DNA of 64,000 nt from contig JBBRLQ010000021.1 in NCBI GenBank assembly GCA_038231275.1, positions 68,957-132,956 of the forward strand. Reading direction: 5' to 3'. This DNA comes from Polyangiales bacterium. Its GTDB lineage: Bacteria > Myxococcota_A > Polyangia > Polyangiales > Polyangiaceae. The stretch's first letter is position 1; each line of letters opens with the position of its first letter. Of the stretch, positions 60,715 through 64,000 are shown in pieces. The notes under the pieces were generated by a model. That model did not search any database and had not been told where the DNA came from. It saw nothing but the letters and a program-made list of their open reading frames with translations. The translations under genes and the position numbers were made by a program.

Positions 60715-62412
60715 CTATTTGATCGGCGGCGGCGTGTAGATCTTCTTCACGTTCGACCCGCCCACGAACGCGTACGAGCCGGCGTTCCCATAGCCGTACG
60801 CGACGATGCAGAACGGCTTGTCTCCGCTCATCGTGTGCGCCCCCTCGGTCAACGGGCAGCGTCGCGACACGTAGTTCGTTCCGTCGAGGACGCCGCTCGT
60901 CGCGCTCGTGCAGTTCGCGCCGATCGCGACGCCGTCGATCGTCACGTTCGTCCCTTCGGGCATCGCGATGACGACGTAGTTCTTGAGCCACGTGCCCGGC
61001 ACGAGGAAGAGGTAGTCCTGGCGGTATTGATCGATCGCCGGCAAGACCGTCAGCGACGGATCGCCGGTCCCGTCGTCGGTGTAGTCCTGGCTGACGAGGA
61101 TCTGACCGATCGCGACCGGCTGCGTCGCGTCGACGGTGAAGTCGCCGGTCACGAGGATGTCCTTCACTTGCCCGGGCGCGAGCGAGAAGTGATCGTTGGG
61201 CGCCGGCAGGTTCGTCTTCACGTCGGCCGTCGCCGCGACGCCGAGGAAGCGGATGTAGTCGGGCTCGATGAACGACGAACCGCGCGGCGGGCTCCGCGGG
61301 ATGACGAATTTTTTGCCGTACGACTCCACCGGCAAGAGCTGCTCGTCGAGGTGGTCGAGGCAACACGAGCCCGGGTTGGTCGCCCGCGGAGGCGGCGTCG
61401 GAGAGGTCACGCCGCCCGAGAGCTCCGTCCCGACGAAGACCGACACCGGCGCGCTCGCCGTGACGATCGAGCCCGTGAGATCGCCCGGCATGCCGTCGGT
61501 CTCGAGGTTCAGCACGTCGAACGGCCCGAGCGTCACCTGCACCGTGCCCCCCTTCGGCGTCGCGGGGATGCCGCCGCCTGCGAGGATCGCCTGCGACACG
61601 ACGACGGTGACCTGTGTTCGCGCCTGCGTGCCGAGCACCGTGAGAAATCCGCGATCGATCGGCGATCCGAGGAAGCTCACCGGCTTGCCCGACGGCCACG
61701 ACAACGCGCGGTACGTCTGGCCCAGCGCCGGCGTCGGCAAGAGGAGCGACGCGTCGTTCGAGTACTGCGCCCGCAGCGGGTTGAACTGGTAGATGACGAC
61801 GGGCTGCGTCGAGGTCACGCGCATCGCGCGCGACGAGAGCATCGTGCCCGGCCCCTCGTTTTTGCCTTGGAGGCTGCCGTCGATCTCGCGCGTCGGCATC
61901 TCGAGGACGGTGAGGGCGCCCGGCGCGACGCTGACCTTCTTGACGAGGCTCAGCACCGGCGGCGCGCCCGGCGCGGCCTCGTTCTGCTCGATCAGCACGT
62001 CGGTCGTCGTGTCGCCGGCGTTCGAAATGACGAGCCCCCACGGCGCGCCCGCGGCGTCGTTGAACCCGTCGTTGTTGTTGTCGAGGTCCACCGCCCAGAA
62101 CTCGCAGCCGACGTTCGACGTCACCACGGTCGTCGCCGCGCAGCCCTTCTGGCACGTGCCGCCGATGCACACCTCGCCCTTGCCAGTGCACTCGCCGATC
62201 TTCGCGCCCGCGTTGCCCGCCGCGTCGCACGCGTGAATCTCGCTGCCGACGCAGACCTTGCCGTCCTTGCAGAGCGCGATCCCCGGCCCGCCGTCGGTGC
62301 CGATGCCGCCGAGATCGCCGCCGTCGACCGCCTCGAAGCCGGACTTCTTGCTGCCGCACGCCAGGACCGCGACGAGCGCCGCGCCGAGCAGACCAAAAAA
62401 CCGGGCGTTCAT
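60715..62412 (-). CDS. IgGFc-binding N-terminal domain lipoprotein
   Basis: SNVGCEFWAVDLDN, SNDASLLLP, DHLDEQL, GDPSL, SYAFVGG; lipobox VLAC. Confidence 0.85.
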   Translation of the reverse strand: MNARFFGLLGAALVAVLACGSKKSGFEAVDGGDLGGIGTDGGPGIALCKDGKVCVGSEIHACDAAGNAGAKIGECTGKGEVCIGGTCQKGCAATTVVTSNVGCEFWAVDLDNNNDGFNDAAGAPWGLVISNAGDTTTDVLIEQNEAAPGAPPVLSLVKKVSVAPGALTVLEMPTREIDGSLQGKNEGPGTMLSSRAMRVTSTQPVVIYQFNPLRAQYSNDASLLLPTPALGQTYRALSWPSGKPVSFLGSPIDRGFLTVLGTQARTQVTVVVSQAILAGGGIPATPKGGTVQVTLGPFDVLNLETDGMPGDLTGSIVTASAPVSVFVGTELSGGVTSPTPPPRATNPGSCCLDHLDEQLLPVESYGKKFVIPRSPPRGSSFIEPDYIRFLGVAATADVKTNLPAPNDHFSLAPGQVKDILVTGDFTVDATQPVAIGQILVSQDYTDDGTGDPSLTVLPAIDQYRQDYLFLVPGTWLKNYVVIAMPEGTNVTIDGVAIGANCTSATSGVLDGTNYVSRRCPLTEGAHTMSGDKPFCIVAYGYGNAGSYAFVGGSNVKKIYTPPPIK

Positions 62413-62450
62413 GACCACGGCCTAGCACGGACCGGCGGCCGAAAAACGCA

Positions 62451-63119
62451 CTACTTGATCGCCGAGAGGTGCACAACGAACCACTCGCCGCGCCACGAGA
62501 TGAGTGACTTCACCACCGTCGCCTGCGCCTTGCCGTCCGCGCGCTCCAAAAGCAGCTTGCTCGCGAAGACGCGCCAGTACCCGATCTTGTTGTACTCCTC
62601 GCCCGGCTCGACCCACCGCGGCGCGGGCCCTGCTTCGAACCGAACGAATTTGGCGCCGGCGGTGTCCTTCCCCAGCTCTTTGTGGAGCTCGTGGATGTCG
62701 CGCGCGTACGCGCCGACGAGGCGCCGTTTCCAGTCTACGGCGGGGTTCTGGATCGCCTTGACCTGCGCGTACGCGGCGAGCGGAAAGAAGAAGGGGAGGG
62801 CCCGGTCCGGATCGTCCGCGACGATGGCGTCCCACAGGACCGCCACCCTCGCGTCGAACGCGGCGCCGGACGCCTCGGGCTTGTCGCGCGTCTGCGGAAG
62901 GGTCGCAGGATCCACCGCCGGAGCAGCATCGGCGATCGGAGTCGGAGTCGGAGTCGGAGTTGGAGTCGGCGTCGGCGTCGGAGTCGGAGTCGGAGTCGGA
63001 GTCGGAGTCGAGCTTGACGGACTCGCGGACTGGGTCGCGCCGTCCCATGTCGGCGGCTCGTGACGGAGACAGCCCGCGAGCGACAGCACCAGAGGAAGAG
63101 ACACGCCAGAGCTGCGCAT
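62451..63119 (-). CDS. Hypothetical lipoprotein with a (PT)n linker
   Basis: Lipobox LAGC; conserved-looking FFP...Y and SLISWRGEW motifs. Confidence 0.75.
   Translation of the reverse strand: MRSSGVSLPLVLSLAGCLRHEPPTWDGATQSASPSSSTPTPTPTPTPTPTPTPTPTPTPTPIADAAPAVDPATLPQTRDKPEASGAAFDARVAVLWDAIVADDPDRALPFFFPLAAYAQVKAIQNPAVDWKRRLVGAYARDIHELHKELGKDTAGAKFVRFEAGPAPRWVEPGEEYNKIGYWRVFASKLLLERADGKAQATVVKSLISWRGEWFVVHLSAIK
62935..63010. repeat. GAGTCG hexamer tandem repeat
   Basis: Directly visible in the sequence. Confidence 0.9.
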
Positions 63120-63237
63120 GCGCGCTCTTTACCATGGCTGTAAGATGCGCTCTCGTTCCGTCGTTGACGCTGCAGGTGGCCGGCGGCTACCTCTAGACTC
63201 ACCATCTTGTGGGGTGGGTCGCTTCTTGGAGGACAGA

Positions 63238-63744
63238 ATGAAGACCGTTGCGTCGTTCGTGTGCGTGGTCGGCGTCGGTCTCGTCATCGGTGTCGGGTGC
63301 AAGAAGGACGAACCGCCCCCCGTGGCGCCGAACGCCGCGAATTCGGCGTACCCACAGGGCTACCCTCCGCAAGGCTATCCACAGCAGCAGGGCTACCCGC
63401 AGCAGTACCCGCAGCAGTACCCGCAGCAGCCGCAGGGCTATCCGCAGCAGCAGCAGCAGGGCTATCCGCAGCAGTACCCGCAACAGCAACCGCAGGGCTA
63501 CCCGCAGCAGCCCCCGCCCGCGACGCCGCCCGGCGTCACCCCGCCGCCGCAAGGCGCCGCGCTCGCGGTCCCGGGCCCCGCGGCGCTCCCTTGCTCGAAC
63601 GATTCGATGTGCCTCACCCACAAGTGCAACACGCAATACGGCAAGTGCGCCTTCCCTTGCGAGACGGACAACGACTGCATTCAAGGCGCCTTCTGCTTCA
63701 AAGGCCCCGTCCCCGCCTGCCTAATAAAGCCCCCCGGCCAATAA
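63238..63744 (+). CDS. Gln/Pro/Tyr-rich lipoprotein with a C-terminal Cys-rich domain
   Basis: GGAGG RBS; lipobox GVGC; (QQGYP)n tract; 8 Cys in the C-terminal domain. Confidence 0.85.
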   Translation: MKTVASFVCVVGVGLVIGVGCKKDEPPPVAPNAANSAYPQGYPPQGYPQQQGYPQQYPQQYPQQPQGYPQQQQQGYPQQYPQQQPQGYPQQPPPATPPGVTPPPQGAALAVPGPAALPCSNDSMCLTHKCNTQYGKCAFPCETDNDCIQGAFCFKGPVPACLIKPPGQ

Positions 63745-63763
63745 CCCCCACAAATTCAAACAA

Positions 63764-63900
63764 GGCTTGGCGGGCTCGCCTCTCCTTTGCCCCGTAAGGA
63801 CACCACGCGCCGGCGCATCCGCTTCACTAGCCACTCACCAGCGTCGCCGGCGCGAGCGCGCCCCCCGCCAGGGGCAAAGGAGAGGCGAGCCCGCCAAGCC
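63764..63900. repeat. Perfect 30-bp inverted repeat pair flanking 77 bp (REP-doublet or MITE-like)
   Basis: GGCTTGGCGGGCTCGCCTCTCCTTTGCCCC at 63764-63793 and its exact reverse complement at 63871-63900. Confidence 0.85.
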
Positions 63901-64000
63901 GCGCGCCCCGTCAGTATTGCTTCGTAACGAAATCCATCGTCGCGTTCGCAGGCCACGAGAGCCCGCGAACGTGACGGTCGACGCACGACGAGACCGCACC

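Overview
This is a very GC-rich, gene-dense window whose gene content points to Myxococcota, probably Polyangiales (inferred from four eukaryotic-like Ser/Thr kinases, two FHA-sigma54 activators, TPR/PEGA proteins, many lipoproteins, two DUF1592/DUF1552 pairs and an orphan DnaK). It has about 50 CDS and one tRNA-Lys(TTT); I found no CRISPR array, rRNA, integrase or transposase. The standout is 32.7-43.7 kb. An ECF sigma factor, a membrane anti-sigma and a lipoprotein-type TPR-CHAT (caspase-like) protease sit among four copies of an ECF-like promoter, TGTCAG-N17/18-CG(A/T)A. These copies precede a metzincin lipoprotein, the anti-sigma, a Cys-rich lipoprotein, and a two-gene operon resembling a split bacterial vitellogenin/MTP-like lipid-transfer protein. 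Two local sigma54 regulons with their own duplicated enhancer motifs are also readable from the DNA, and seven sigma54-type promoters lie 13-15 nt before the ATG, suggesting leaderless mRNAs. All family calls come from reading motifs by eye; no database searches were run.
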